Source: Ophelia neglecta (taxonomy: Eukaryota). Taken from it: a stretch of DNA of 64,000 bases. The notes under the pieces were generated by a model, which did not search any database, was not told the DNA's origin, and was given only the letters and a program-made list of their open reading frames with translations. Each line of letters begins with the position of its first letter. The stretch's first letter is position 1. A program made the translations under genes and the position numbers. Location of the stretch: assembly GCA_965285935.1 (NCBI GenBank), contig OZ260663.1, positions 35,030,001 through 35,094,000 of the forward strand. Reading direction: 5' to 3'. This document shows positions 1-13,826 of this stretch, piece after piece.

Positions 1-684
1 AAACTGGTTTACCCGCATATTTATCTAAATGCTTATATCATACCATCAATGCATGAACAATCATACAACCGGGGTCGAAAACAATGCTCCCCTAGCCAGA
101 AAGATGGCCACTAGTAAATGCTAGGCTAGTAAATGTAGCAAATAGGACAGGGGCAGTCTAAACAGACAAGTTGTCCCTGATTATTGTCACGTCGTACATA
201 ATACCGATTGATCGTGCAGCCCGCGTCCAGATGACTACTACCGACCCGTATTGATCAATAAACCATAGACTTGTTCCGTTTTTGACCAAGTTTGCGTCCC
301 AATAGATTTCTGGTTGGACACTAGCTACCATCGATAAATCGATAACTGACCATAATCTTCGATTTCATATTGGCAGCTGTGCCTTTAATGCAGAGATACT
401 TAAAAGCACATCCCATTGTATGATAGAAGCTTTAACCCTAGACACAATCATCATAAGAGGGAAACATTAAAATGCCCCCCTATAGTTGATAATTGTTGCA
501 AGTACAGAATTTCTTTTGCTTCTTTAAAATGGCTACTATTTGCTTTCGCCATATTTATTGCTAATAAAAACCAGTTTATGCGCTTGACATAATTATTATT
601 AATGACAACTGGTACTCAATGATGATATTATGTCCAATGTATTGAGCTGATTGACTGAGTGAGATCTTGACTTAGTAATCTTAC

Positions 685-778
685 CTGCGAGGCTAGCCAG
701 CAGCAGGAACACGATAACCAGAGACACCGTGGTGCGCGGCGTGTTAGCAGTAGGGCGGTGTATATCCATGCCTGCCAT
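685..778 (-). CDS. First coding exon (signal peptide) of an unidentified secreted or type-I membrane protein; gene continues beyond the left edge
   Basis: Minus-strand translation is MAGMDIHRPTANTPRTTVSLVIVFLLLASLA+G: basic n-region, hydrophobic core VSLVIVFLLL, small residues ASLA. It ends at a strong donor GCAG|GTAAG (intron starts at 684). Phase 1 is typical of signal-peptide exons. The exon is GC-rich relative to its flanks. The second ATG (769) has the better Kozak context (GGCATGG). Confidence 0.75.
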
Positions 779-1070
779 CGGACTTCCCGCTACAGAGGCT
801 GGTCGACCTCCCCGACAACTATCCCAGGGGAACTCCGCTTGAAAGGGGAGCCCTCGGGCACCCGCTCTTGATGTCTGTCGGTAATCACAGTCTAATCCTT
901 TCTAGGCCAATTACCAATTCCAAACAGGCACATATCTGTTTTTCTTGTCTGGGGAGAAAAATGATTAGAAGTTATAAGTGAGTGTTGAGGGAATAATCCA
1001 AGAACGTGTCTAATCACGATGGATGGCATTTCAATGCTGTTTTCCCCATATCGTTGTCTCCAAGGTCAAC
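779..1070. promoter_or_regulatory. 5'UTR/proximal promoter of the signal-peptide gene (copy A of triplicated module)
   Basis: Directly upstream of the exon. Contains tandem CCAATT motifs (907-919), TTATAA (972-977), several TAATC(C/A) homeodomain-type sites and CAAGGTCA (~1061). These motifs are retained in two paralogous copies. Confidence 0.65.
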
Positions 1071-3324
1071 ACACTCCACTTGAAAACCTTTAACTACAAG
1101 TTAAATCAGCGACTATTTCCATTGTGAGTGTGCTACATAAATGACCGAATCCGGATCGGATCATGAATACAGACAAGAAGTTTAAATAGCAGGTTACTGA
1201 GGAATGTTTTCGCGTCGATAGCTAAACCCATTTTGAGGCTGATATGCGGGCTTAAATGCGCGCAATTTCATAACTTCGATAGATCATGTTGATTCGGAAG
1301 CAGACGATATTCATGAACTTAGAGCTGGGTTGTTCATATTCCCGCTGGTAGATTGTAATTCAGAAAAAACTCGTGTGAAACACACGTTAGATGATACCAA
1401 TGGCAATAACAGGCAATTGAGCGAATTATTGACACAACTGATTACTTGGTACCACTAATTATCTTAGCTGTAGTGAAAAATTTCCCACAGCGCGGGAAAT
1501 TAGAGTTTTTATCATTATATAAACGTCATTGAACACTTGGAACTATTCTCGCGATTGTTCCATCCGTGTTTATTCGATTGAATTTGTGCCACATTACCAT
1601 GAGGATCCACACAGTGATTATTAGAACAAACGAAGGAAGGTGCAATACATGCAAGCATTAAATCCACGTCGGTGTTTATTCTCTACACATATAAATAAGT
1701 ATATATACACAGCTGTATACGAAACCACTGTCATTCATCGGTCACGACATTCGCCAAGACAGCCGGCGTATTAATCTTACATAATATGATCTACTAAAAT
1801 AGGTGGAACTTAATACACAAGGAAAATCCCTATGATTGTGATTTGATTTAAGAAACAAACGCTGCTTTTTTTTCGTAGAATATCTTAACACTCGGAGCAT
1901 AATGTCACTTTTCAACGAAATGAAGACTTTTTATCCATCAATTGATAATCAATATTAATACATGTTGCTAACAGGGTTTGCCTTTAATAATTTTTTTTGC
2001 CTTTAATAACTTTGGCAATAATTTTACTGCAAGTATTTACATATTAATTCCATATCTGTTACACTACAATGACTTGAAGACTGTCTGTTTGGTAATGATC
2101 CAAAATATCACATGCGAGGGGTAGGTCGGCCCCATCTTCATGAAAACTAAATAAATACTCGGGGACAAGCTTAATTAATGTAAAATAGTCCTTTATTGAT
2201 TCATGAGATCCAGGCTTGTCCGTCATTGCTGGCACATTTTTGTTTTCTTATATACACGAGGAAAACACCTTGATATTGTTTTGCCATTTGGCTGTCACAC
2301 CAATTGCCACATTCTTAACATCTTTTTATAGACACCTTATCTTACACTCGTAATGTGCGGAACATGTGAGGACGAACAACTGCAGCGCCAGAGTGTCGAC
2401 ACATTAGGTAACACGTGATTAATTTTTGCTGGAGTTGGGGTAAGGATAACTGTATTGTCGTCTGCCCAAGTCCGTGGCAAAGGTTATAGGAAAAATACGC
2501 TAATAGAAAATGTATTCAAGGCAACGTGTGTGGATTTGCTGGCGATGACCATAAAACAAAGATAAATTACACTTTTAACTGGTCGCCTCGTTGGCACGGT
2601 GTGAACCGTCCTGCTGTCTGCTTAGTAACATGCATACTAACAAACGAGGCTCATGGAGCTAAATGTAACAGTCGATAATTGCCACAAAAGAAGTCGTTTG
2701 TTGGCATGATATCAATCATATATGTTAAAAAACCGGGCTTCACCAAGGCGAGGATTTATTATGTTGTCCGAAAAAAACATAACAAGATATTATTAAGACG
2801 GGGCCAAGCTTACGTCACCTATAATTGTAATAACTATTGGCTGTCAAGAAACATATAGCATGGTAAATCGTGGAGATGATCCCATAAAAGTTGAATATTA
2901 CCATTTTTCCATTTAAATTGCTTAACCTACAAGCCCACAAGATAAAGAAGGCAACAGATAAAGAGTTGCTGAGAACTTATTATAAAAAATACATGCAATG
3001 GTTTGTAAAAGGTCATATATAAATATGTTAGTTATAAATATATCTCGTACATTGAGGATTTCCTCACCCTGTTCATAGAGGGTCACAAGTTACCCTTGTA
3101 AGATCAAAAGCTTCATCGTTCTGACATACATCCACCGTGTGCGAGGTAGGACATCGCCAGTCTACACAACAATCAAAAACAACTTTGTCTATATAATGTC
3201 AGTATCTTTCCTTTGAGGTGGACAGTCTCGTTATTTTCAGGAAACAGCCTTTAGGGCCTACTAGTTAGCGGCAGCAGCATATCTAATTTCCTGAAAAGCT
3301 AGGAATCATACACTGTCCAAAGGA

Positions 3325-3800
3325 ATGTACATAACATGTGAAAGAATGCTGCATGGGTACGGAGGTGAGGAATTTCAATTTTTGAAAGCTATGGTTGCCT
3401 GCTTGTGGAATGACTGTGGTAGCCAAGCCGATAATGAGCTCAAAGGACAACTATATAGCGGCTCTGCATCTACCCCTGGAACTGATAAATATACGTGTTC
3501 ATGTAGCGCAGGCAAACCCAAGGGAGATCTACAGCGGGTAGAAGAGACACAGAAACACGGGGCATGTGCCCACCTGTTCCTTTCCAGCACTAACAGTGGA
3601 GACATTATGAATATTTATACCCACGATCAGGATGCTGGGGCCTGGGCCCGAAGGGAGTCAGGGACAAGTCCCCAATGGTATGATGCACACCCATAATTCA
3701 GTTTAGCCAGATTAGCAGGACGAGGAATAGACTAGTACTGAAGGCTGCCAACACTCTAACCCTAAATTTATGAATAGGATAAAAGACACATTTCTCCCTA
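3325..3800 (+). mobile_element. Ancient CR1/L2-type LINE 3' relic
   Basis: DLQRVEETQKHGAC resembles LE.IQKRAC, and the terminal MNRIKDTFLP resembles the TNRFKNSF.P ending of CR1/L2 ORF2. The composition is GC-richer than the flanks. Confidence 0.45.
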
Positions 3801-4369
3801 TTAACAGAATGGTGGAGATTTTACTATTTTCCAGAGAATAGTCATGAAGTTAAATACTCGATTATCACACTAGGTATCTGCTCTCCCAGAAAAGCAACGT
3901 GATAACGGCAATCAAACTCATGGTTAAAACGTATGATTGAGTTGTGTACAAAAAACCTATAGAGAGTCTTATCGAACTCGGCAGTATGTTATGTTAACAT
4001 TCACATCCGATAATGTTAGATGAGCACAGGTCTTGAAGAGAGGTGCGTGGCATTCAGTGGTCAGGAAAAAAAAAAGGGTTGTATCTGGCTTCATTCAGTA
4101 TTAATAAATAATTATTGAACTTTTAGGTTTAGGATGCCATGCTGCCATAATTGGTAATATATTTAAATGAAACGAAGATATTCTCATTTCAGGTTTTACG
4201 CTGCTACATTCTTCTTGTTCAAGGATGCTTCGTCCGGCGCTGTCCAAGTTTGACTTTTCATGTCACTAGTTAAGCCTCAAATCAATGATTTCTACAGAAA
4301 AAAGGACATTTCATTGCTGGTCAAACTTGAACCCTTGTCAGTAATAAGTAGCTAGTGAAACGTAGTTCG

Positions 4370-4660
4370 TACTGATGCAAATAAGATGGTAAGAAAATTG
4401 ATTATGTCGAGCCCCAGGAAGTCAGGTAGGGCGGATACCCCGAGCTGCTCTTGGATGTGTTTTATTCTCCTTGTAGACAGTAGATGTAAAAGAGGTGATA
4501 TGAGTGATGTGGTTGCCAGGATGCTTGGGAACCTCCTGAGAAACATGCAGCTGTCTACAATCACAGGTTAATGAGAAGACGCCTAAAGAAAAGGGGTTTG
4601 AACCGAATCACACGCAGCAGTTACAGCACCAGAAAGGAAGTCGCTTTTATCAGGAAACAC
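4370..4660 (+). mobile_element. Ancient L2/CR1 RT N-terminal relic
   Basis: VRKLIMSSPRKSGRADTP resembles V.KLI.SSP.KSC.LDP. It is followed at the expected spacing by LKKRGLN....SSY.....AFIRK, resembling LKKPGLD....NYRPVSNL.FISK. Confidence 0.55.
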
Positions 4661-7600
4661 CCATGCTTTAGGTTGAAGAGGTATTGATCTTGTAAAAGAA
4701 CAGTAAGCGACATTACAGCGTCTCCTTTGTATAGCTGCAGTGAGCGTGATAACTGCGTTATCTACCCTGGAGATGCACATTTAACGTGTCTATAACAGGC
4801 TTATTAAATGAATAAAGCCTCTCGAGGCACGATACCATAATAATTGTTATCAATATATCTGTTGCTGACACGACTTCATAGCTTTTTTTCCATTACAAAG
4901 CACGAAAAAGTGTCTTGAAGTCACGCCGTGGGCAAACTTGAGTAGAAATGAAGCAGTTAGAACCCTGATCACTGTAACGGAGACATTTGTAGATATGAAC
5001 AGAACGATTTTAGAGCGCATGGTTTCAAATATACCCCTAAGACACTAAATGGGTCACATGGTGCTTATGTGTTGTTAAACCCCCCGTAATCCTAATTCAA
5101 CCTTACCATATTGATATGCTTTGATTATAGAAGTTTGCTTATGTCGCCAGGTAGGCGCACCTTTGCGGTAATAATTGTTTATGAACAAACCAGCAAGTGA
5201 TGACCTCCAGGGTTATGTTGTGTGATGACGCTGTTAACTTGTTACTTTTATATAAGATTCATTAAACTTTTGCTTTTACAATTTGCTTTTGAATAGTTCG
5301 GTGTTGAAGTTGAGAAGACAACAGTGCCACGTTAGGTTGGTGAAACAAACAACGTATGGTTGTTTTAGTTGAATAAATCATTAACTTTGAGAAGAATTAT
5401 GCATAGAACAATAAAAATTCTGCAAACATTGCCTTTGATTATCAATGGCAAAGGTTTCTATCAACGTAGTTGTTTCTGTGTAGTTAGTTGTTTACTGAGT
5501 ACTCAAAATATTGTCTGAGACTGTCTGAGTAGGTCAGAATAGCATCTCTTGTACAGTTATCATAAAAAAATATGTATGCTGGTCGTTTTGCTCCTTTTCG
5601 ATAATACTGAGAAGCGAAATTTTGATATTTAAAACCGACCAGCTTCATTACAAGCCAAGTAAGCAAAGTAAGGCAGACGTATCTGGACTGGACGATGTCG
5701 GCTAAACTTAGCCAACCTATGACGTATGACATCCCGAGGATGAACTGTTAAGACACGTGTACTAATTGAAGAAAGGCAGACGACAGCTTCTGGCTATAAG
5801 TCTTTAAAGCTGTGCAACGCAATCAAGGGTATATTGGAGCTGGTATACTGAGAAAACTTGAATGTGACAGGACCAGCGATGTTAACTTATCGAGATAATC
5901 CTTAGCAGAGTTTGAGCAGAAAACAATTAGTTTTCAGTCTTTATGTCAATAGAATATTTCGAACCAGTTTGTTCAGGCAAAAACAACATTTATTATGAAT
6001 CGATAGTGCAGACTATTTCACAGCCGGGAACTTTTCCAAAAATTATGGAATGGCACCAATGGCACCCCGGTTGGAGCCGCTGTATACGATGTTATCCAGA
6101 TATGAGCCAGTATATGAATATGTATGATACTAGTATAAAAATATAGGAGCCGATGAAGACTTAAACAATTTGACAGAGTGATGTTGGTTTAAGGATGGCT
6201 GAGGTTTCTGTCTATTAGCAATTTGATTTGACGTATAATAAAACAAATATGGACTTGATTGGGCAACCAGGCGAAAAACTTTCCTTCGAGATGTGTCAGT
6301 CAGGACAAATAGTTTGGCCTAGTTCAGCAAGTCACGTGGTATATTCGTTAACTAGCCGATGACACTTTTCTTCTTATAGTGAACCGTATGTAACTTCATT
6401 GCATATGTGAAGTACGCAATGATGGCAAGGACACACCTTTTGCTTCTACAGGCCGAGATACTGACAGTGCTTCATTGAATGAAAAGCAAGCATAACTCCA
6501 GGAATGGAATAACTGAGTCTTTGTCTATAGAATTAGTTCAAATCAGCCCTTTTCCAATAAACGAAACAAATATGATATAGCATCACTCTGAATATTGATA
6601 TTAGGAGTCCGATGGACTGTAACAATCTGATGTACAGTGCTCCAGAATGATACTTATATTTTACGGGTCCTGGATAGAAGTCCCCGGACTAAAACTAATA
6701 GGGGTATAGATTGTCCAGTCTAAAATTCCCGGAAACGTAAGTCCCCCCACGACTAAACAAAGAACTATATGACATGGAGTGTCTCCGCAAAGAAATTCTA
6801 TATATATCACTACCTATGCTTACTATTATGAATAGAGACCGCCTGTTCTTGAGAACGAATCCCTAGCATAAAATGTGTTTTGTGCGTAACAAAAGTAACA
6901 AAGGGTGAAACGTCTTGGGGGGTTGAGTGGGGGAATGGCCTAGGCACGACAATCGTTGTATCATGTTTTCTGGGAGTAACACACATTCTTTAAGAGAACC
7001 AATAATACGTATACGACTATAAAGAGTCCAGGGGGCTTTCTTAATCTCTTCATCCCGGCATATCATAACAAACAACGAGTAACAAAGGTTCATATTGTTC
7101 TGCAAAGTTTTGGTAATAGGTAAGGAGGTGAAGGAGAAAAAAACCAGGATTGTGGTCGAAGCGAAAATACTTGAACATTTCGTCTGGCCCGTTTTGAAAA
7201 ATCATGAATCAATCAAAGCCCAGTTGATTTCTCAGAAAGGGCCCTTAAGAGATGGAGTAATAACGAACGGGTGAGAGTGGGCCATATCCCACGACCTTTA
7301 TAGAGATTTGTGCTCTTTTCGGTACCATAGGTCGGGGTAATAATCATATATCTAAAGAGTTACAAATTGAATTCTCTTCACTTAAAGTAAATCCTACCTC
7401 TTCGCCATGAATATGTTGTCATCCATCCTAATGTAAACATATATCCATTTATATATCAAATACTGAGTTCTTCCAAGTCTAACATAAAGCTATGCCCCAT
7501 GCACGTCTGTAAAGACTAATAGTTGTCACTTAATTATGTCAGAGAGATTGACTCTTCCCGACCGCGCTGAGAAGCTAAACCCAACTGCACAATGGTGTCC

Positions 7601-10600
7601 TGAGCTCTCAATTGGTGCCAACGCATTGGTTCATCGCCAGCGATCGCTATTGCAAAGACTGCAAAGAAAAGTGACCGAGGTTTACTCAGAGCGAAAGCGG
7701 CACTAGCCGTGTCAGGAGCTATACCAAAGAAAGTTTATTGATCAATACAGGAATCATCTGCATTCGAGAATGAACGTAGCCATGTATTAGGTGTTTAAGT
7801 ATTAATGCTGTTTAAATATATTCTGGTTATTTGCTCCATGATCCAAACAATGTAAGGGTCTCTTTATGCGTGTGATGTACAAAACCGATATCGGCATTTT
7901 AGTTTTTGGGTTGTACATAATTTTTAAAACCAATAGCAGGTCACATGAAACTGTATAAAAATGTATATCTATAAGTGCATATCCGCACAAACCTGATTTC
8001 TTCTTTAACATGAACAAAGCGACGAATCAGGTAGTAAACAAATTGTATCTAGTTACTTTTAAACAGCAAAGATCATTCATGCTTACTAACGTTAGTAAAT
8101 GTTTTTCAGTATCACTGGCTTTTCCTTATGATCTAATCGTGCAACGAGTGCATGCCACTTCTAAGCTGTATTTGTAAGGTTGACTTAAATGTTTTTTTAC
8201 GGAGTGTCTTTGATTGAAGATTTGCTCGTGGTATGGCCAATAACGTCAGTCTTGAGATTGATTTTGCCCGAATGATTGAAGTGTCTGTGTCTTTTAGTAC
8301 AAAACCAGGAAAAAAACTTAGAAAAGAACCCATGTTGAACTTGCTATTTTTTATTCACACCTTTTTTTTACTGTGCGTGTCTGGATAATCAAGGTGCTTG
8401 CCTCGAGATCAGCTCACTAGTCTTCTAAAAAGTGGTAGAAATATGCGGAAATAGAATCATTTGTACTGATATATGTCTGTTGGCATAGCTTTTAAAACCT
8501 AGCACAACTTGTAAAGGTATAGCAATAAAGAACATTTCAAAATACAAAGGTGTTGACTCACTATGAGAAGAACATGGACAACTGCAAGAGATTATTTCGT
8601 GTTTTCATTAGTTAGCTTCCCATTACTCAATAGTAACCATGAAATTCCTATTTCCCTACCATAAAGGGTGTACTTGTCCTTACGTGTGGCCTTTTATTAG
8701 GAGCTTGTGCTTTTCCGTCTGAATTTAACGGGAGACACTTAGCCCTGATGTCACAATTACTGAGCCACGAAAATATAAACTTCTGGCTCAAACGGGCATA
8801 GGATGTATTCATGTGTGTGGGCTTATGACTGCTGGTTCCTGATGATTTCGGACCGGTTTAATGGCCTATTCTCGACTAAGGATTTGGATTTGTCCACTCC
8901 CAGTATTTTCTAATAATGTAAGGAATAAATTTATCGCTGATACTCAATGCGGCGAATTCATTCTCTATATATGAATATACAATTTCCAACAAGAGTCTTG
9001 TATACTAATCCATACAACACCCAGGTTGTGGAACAATTTGAGTGTCTCTGTACGACATTCTTCATTTTATTAGAAAGCAAATGAATACTTATTGGTTTAA
9101 GGCATATTTGTATATAATGTGTTTTGAAAAAGGATACATTTTAATCTTTAATTGCAAACACCTGTGATAATTTTATTCCTTATTATAAAGGTACATTTTA
9201 TATGAACCAACTTACTAGAAACTGGAACGTTAAGTGACTCTATGTACAACGACACCAAGTAAACTTGGCTCAGAAACGACTCGGTTGGCTGCCTTACAAA
9301 GATTACTTGATCGTTAGTGAGTCGAAGTAAAGAAACATTCTAACTTAATACAATAAACTATATTCAAAGATAGAATACAAGCTTTGAATGTTGTCTGTGA
9401 AAACCAAAATTGATTTGATTTTTTGTTTCTTACCTGGAATGTTAATATTGATATATGTTGCTTGATGACTATATATACATCTATATTTTTCATAAGACGA
9501 CTTCGCATTGGCATATCATGACAACTATATATCAACCTCCGATGAAATTAGGAAGAAGTCAACTGAATGAAGAAGTTATCTTAGTGTCGATAATATATTC
9601 TGATGATTAGCGTCTCGACCAATTTTCCCAGACTTAGGTCAGCTAGACTGTCATCACTTTGTCATCAGCTGCCTATCATTTCTCAGTCAGAGGTATCATT
9701 TGATAATATGATATGTTTCACCTTCTCGACTCCTGCCGGCGCACCTCATTATGAATTTACCACCCGACGCTCCTTTGATATTGAACATGGTTTGTTTGAT
9801 GATAACGTTGTCATTCATATTGCTTATATATGAATTTTTTATGAATGCATCTAGCGTATCTGTCAATAATTTGGTCCTTTACGTTGTAAATGAGAATATT
9901 GCCCCAAAAAGACAGGATTATTGTTTACGTTTTACCAAAACTGCAACCTAATCTGTTGCTACTCGAAATACATATAGTTCCACTGGTTATCAGCGTCTGT
10001 TATCCGACGAGCGGGCAATGTTTATCCAGGAATATGTCCTGGAGCCGATTAACTATAAACTTCGAGCCCGATGACCAACACCTCAGGGCTTGATTGCCTC
10101 TATTTCAGGGAGTTCTAGCCTTCAAGACACCAAATATCTTGTCCTTAACTCTCAATTCAGAGATTCCATTTATTCACAGGTGCCCTCGCCTATTAAACCC
10201 ATGTTAAATCTGGCGAGACCGAACAAAAACAAAAGTGTCCTTAATTAAACAATTGCCTTAATTTACAGAACCCATTTATGACAGATTCGACTGCATTACA
10301 CTTGTAGCAATAGAGCTTTTTCCGTCCCCATAGACAAGGCATTTGCAGGTTATCAAATGGTGTCGAGGAGGTATTTGAACTAAGTTTTACGAGGCAGTAA
10401 CATGAATAAATAGTGTTGTAATAATTGCCTGCGGAAGCTAATTAGACGAACACGTTCACAGATTGATAGCAATTATTACAATGGGAGCACGCATCTTTCG
10501 TTAAAACCACAAACACTGATGTCTGTTATGAATCGCCCATCGCGAAGTATCGAAGGATATTATGGCGAATCCTGGCATTGGTTAATTTCTTGAATACATA

Positions 10601-13446
10601 CAGGCATACATTTCCAAATAGTCATAATTTGAAATAGACTACATGCCAACTTAAAAAAAGAACTTCTGGAAAATGTAAAATCCACAGTCTCAGATTGGAC
10701 AGAAACTATTCAATGACACATTGAATGATATTCGTTTGGGCAAGAATTCATTGGGGGCTGTTTGTAAACATTTCATTGATTGTCATATGTTTGCGGTGTA
10801 ACCTATTTGTATTAGTCGCTCATTTCCGTTCGAGTGAATTTGGTAGCAACTAGCATTATATTTTCCAATAAAAAAGTAGATATTAACCCTTATACAATAT
10901 TAGTCCCATTTTGATACGGCACCCACTGGGTGTTTAAAAATTCACTATGTTTTTACTGTGCACTTAAATAATGTGATCGACAGAAACTGAACAAACCTGA
11001 CAGATTCAAGTAGTGCATACATGACTATTGATAAAAATGGAACGGTTTGCCTATTAAAGTGGCAAGACAATTTTGCTTGTCACTGTCTGTCTTTCACTTT
11101 GTTATGCCACATGTTAGTAAGTAAGTTCCAATGACCGAAGTTTTATGTTTAGAACAGCATGATCGATCATCCTGTCACCGTTCGTTATAATGGTAATTGA
11201 TCGTGTGCGCCATCAATCGAATCTCTGCCAATTAATGTTGTCTTCCTGATATAAAAAAAAACAATAAATCTCAAGAGGCGAACAAAGTGGCAAATCGACT
11301 TTTAAATGTCACTTCAGCCTAACGTATAATGTAATGAGACGCGCTACGGAGGAATTGACCAGCAGCGTTATTGACAAATATACCATTCTGGCCTAGGCCC
11401 TGGCCTAGAACACTCGGGTAGGCTACCATCACTCGTACATTGCAACTGGAACACCAGTACAATTAGCTTATGCCTTGGAGCAAACACCCCATTTTTATCA
11501 TTCCCGCGAATGATAAAAACCTTAATTAGACTCTTCAATGAAGCATATTATTCCAAGCAGTTGTTTTCTAGAAGTTCTATCATGGTGTGTTTTCTCGTGG
11601 TATTATTTTGCTTAAGACATGTGAAACTCATATTGAAGACATACAGCATGTAATCGTCGGTCATAAAATCTAATTTCTTCTTCTTTGGTTGATCAGCGCT
11701 TATCTTCAATTTTACTTTAAAATACCGAGGTGTGTCATATCTTGAAGAAACACTTACAACGAAACCAAGAATGAATTTAGAACGCTCACCCAAACAAGGA
11801 TTATGAGCACAAAATTGGCAGTAATTCTTCTCATGCCGGTGAGTATTATAAGAACGGTCATAATCAAAGGTCTCTATATTCGGCATTTTTTGAAACCTTT
11901 ATTAGGCATTGATCTGTTGCAATATTCTTTCAGTTGATTTCGAAATACCCCAGATTATACTAAATCAGCTATAGTCATGAGAGCTGGCAACCCACTTTAT
12001 ATGAAAGATGAACATGATATATCAATAAATATGGTATTACATGTCCTGGCCAATGTATGCTGTATAATGTTTTTTCATCGTATTGATCAATTACTTTATT
12101 TCAACCATTTTCTTATTTTGATTTTGATTTATGATAGTTAATATGCAATAAAATGCTGATGCATATATTGAATAGTATTAACTGATGGATGGATGTTACC
12201 TTTGGTATCAAAGTGTATGAGCACCTACATGGAAAGATTAATGGCGTAAACACAAATTAGTAGAATAGATTACTACTAAATGTTATCTTTAGAAAGTCAC
12301 ATTTGTTAATATGTTAGACTAAATGTCCCTGTCATTCACAAGTTGCAGGAGATAAGTGATCACACATCCAACTAAGGCCTTTTTCAATTTCTTCTGAGAA
12401 GTGTTTAACCAAAAGTTATACATATACCTGATGTCAGTAAAGAAGATAACCGTTAATGATTTATTAAAGGTAGGTATGGTACATTTCCATGTGTCCTTTT
12501 ACCGACTGATACAGACTCTCTAGCTACATTCTGGCAACATTATACATACACTGTGATCAATATCACTACTACCGAGGTCGAGTACGTGCCAACGATTTAT
12601 ACCATGTTACACCATTTAAAGGGAACTTTTATTGTGAGTTTATGGCATTTTCATTACTGGCAATAAATCAAACGGATTTAAATATTCATTAAATATATAT
12701 GATATCTACCTTTATGAGTAAGGCCGGACAATTACTAATACAACAAGTCAAACATCAGATGCTCCTAAAAACCTTATTTATTGTGTGTGTAAAGGGATCA
12801 AGTTGATGGCCATCGGTAGAAACTAGTTCTAAAATAGCTTCTATAGGATCGAGATGCGAGAGTCTTTTGTCCCTAGATCGGATAGTTGTTTATCGTCTGG
12901 GTTTATCTATCGCCAATGTCTCATTCATCCAACATGACCACAATGATGGTTAAACATGATATGGAATTTGAGCATAACAGCAGTTTATAAATTGATAACT
13001 TTGGTACAATTCGCAATAGTTGTGTCCCAGATATGTGTTTAATCAGAACAAAAAGACATACAGATGGTACACAGTTTTTTGTAGCGGACATAAAGAATTT
13101 GTGGACGTTCCGTTAACATATCGCAACCTTCCATTCAGAAATGATCTGGCTGTCAAACACCATGATCTTGCGCTGAAGCTATATTGGACGAAATCCATCT
13201 GGTTCTAGGTGTGTAACCGTATTTAATAGGACATATTTAGCCTCGATATACATCATTATGAATGCATGCCGATTGCAGAAAAAAAAATTTGAAAGGAGCA
13301 AACTCAGATTATACCCATCTGTAGAACTATTGCATCTTTTCCACTTGTTATTTTAGTCTATAAAAACTGTTTGGACATGACGCTTTTCTCTTTTCATTTA
13401 GTTTTACTGTTCTATAGTATCGTGTTACAACGACGGATAAAAAACG

Positions 13447-13826
13447 CTGCCAGTAGCACTTTTGAGCACAGTGAGTGTGCTGTTAGGCGTATTTTACTCG
13501 GTGCAATCCGACATGCTACCAGCTAATGTTGCCCGATAGCCCTCCGACAACTATCCCCAGGGGGCTCTGGTGGAAAAGTCGAGACCTCATTTTTTCCGTT
13601 CTTGATGTATCCCAGTAATCGCGGTGTAATGCTTTATAGGCAAATTACCAATTCCAAACTGTCGCCTATCGCTTTTTCGGGTCATCAGGGGACACTATAA
13701 GAAGTTATAAGTGAGTGTTGAGGGAGTACCACAGAACGTGATTAATCACGCTAGATGGCATCTTAATGGCGGTTTGCATCATTGTTTATTTCAGTTGCCT
13801 TGCATATCGACATAGTCAAGATCAAC
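13447..13826 (-). pseudogene. Copy B: duplicated promoter plus decayed first exon
   Basis: Colinear with ~696-1070. Identical AATTACCAATTCCAAAC (13643-13659) and AAGTTATAAGTGAGTGTTGAGGGA (13702-13725). CCGACAACTATCCC is shared with copy A. A's first ATG aligns to ATT and there is no donor at the homologous position. Confidence 0.7.

Noticed and set aside
900-1040. Triplicated block as miRNA, snoRNA or CRISPR repeat
   Set aside because: The conserved blocks do not base-pair, C/D boxes are not conserved in all copies, the copies are kilobases apart and the context is eukaryotic.
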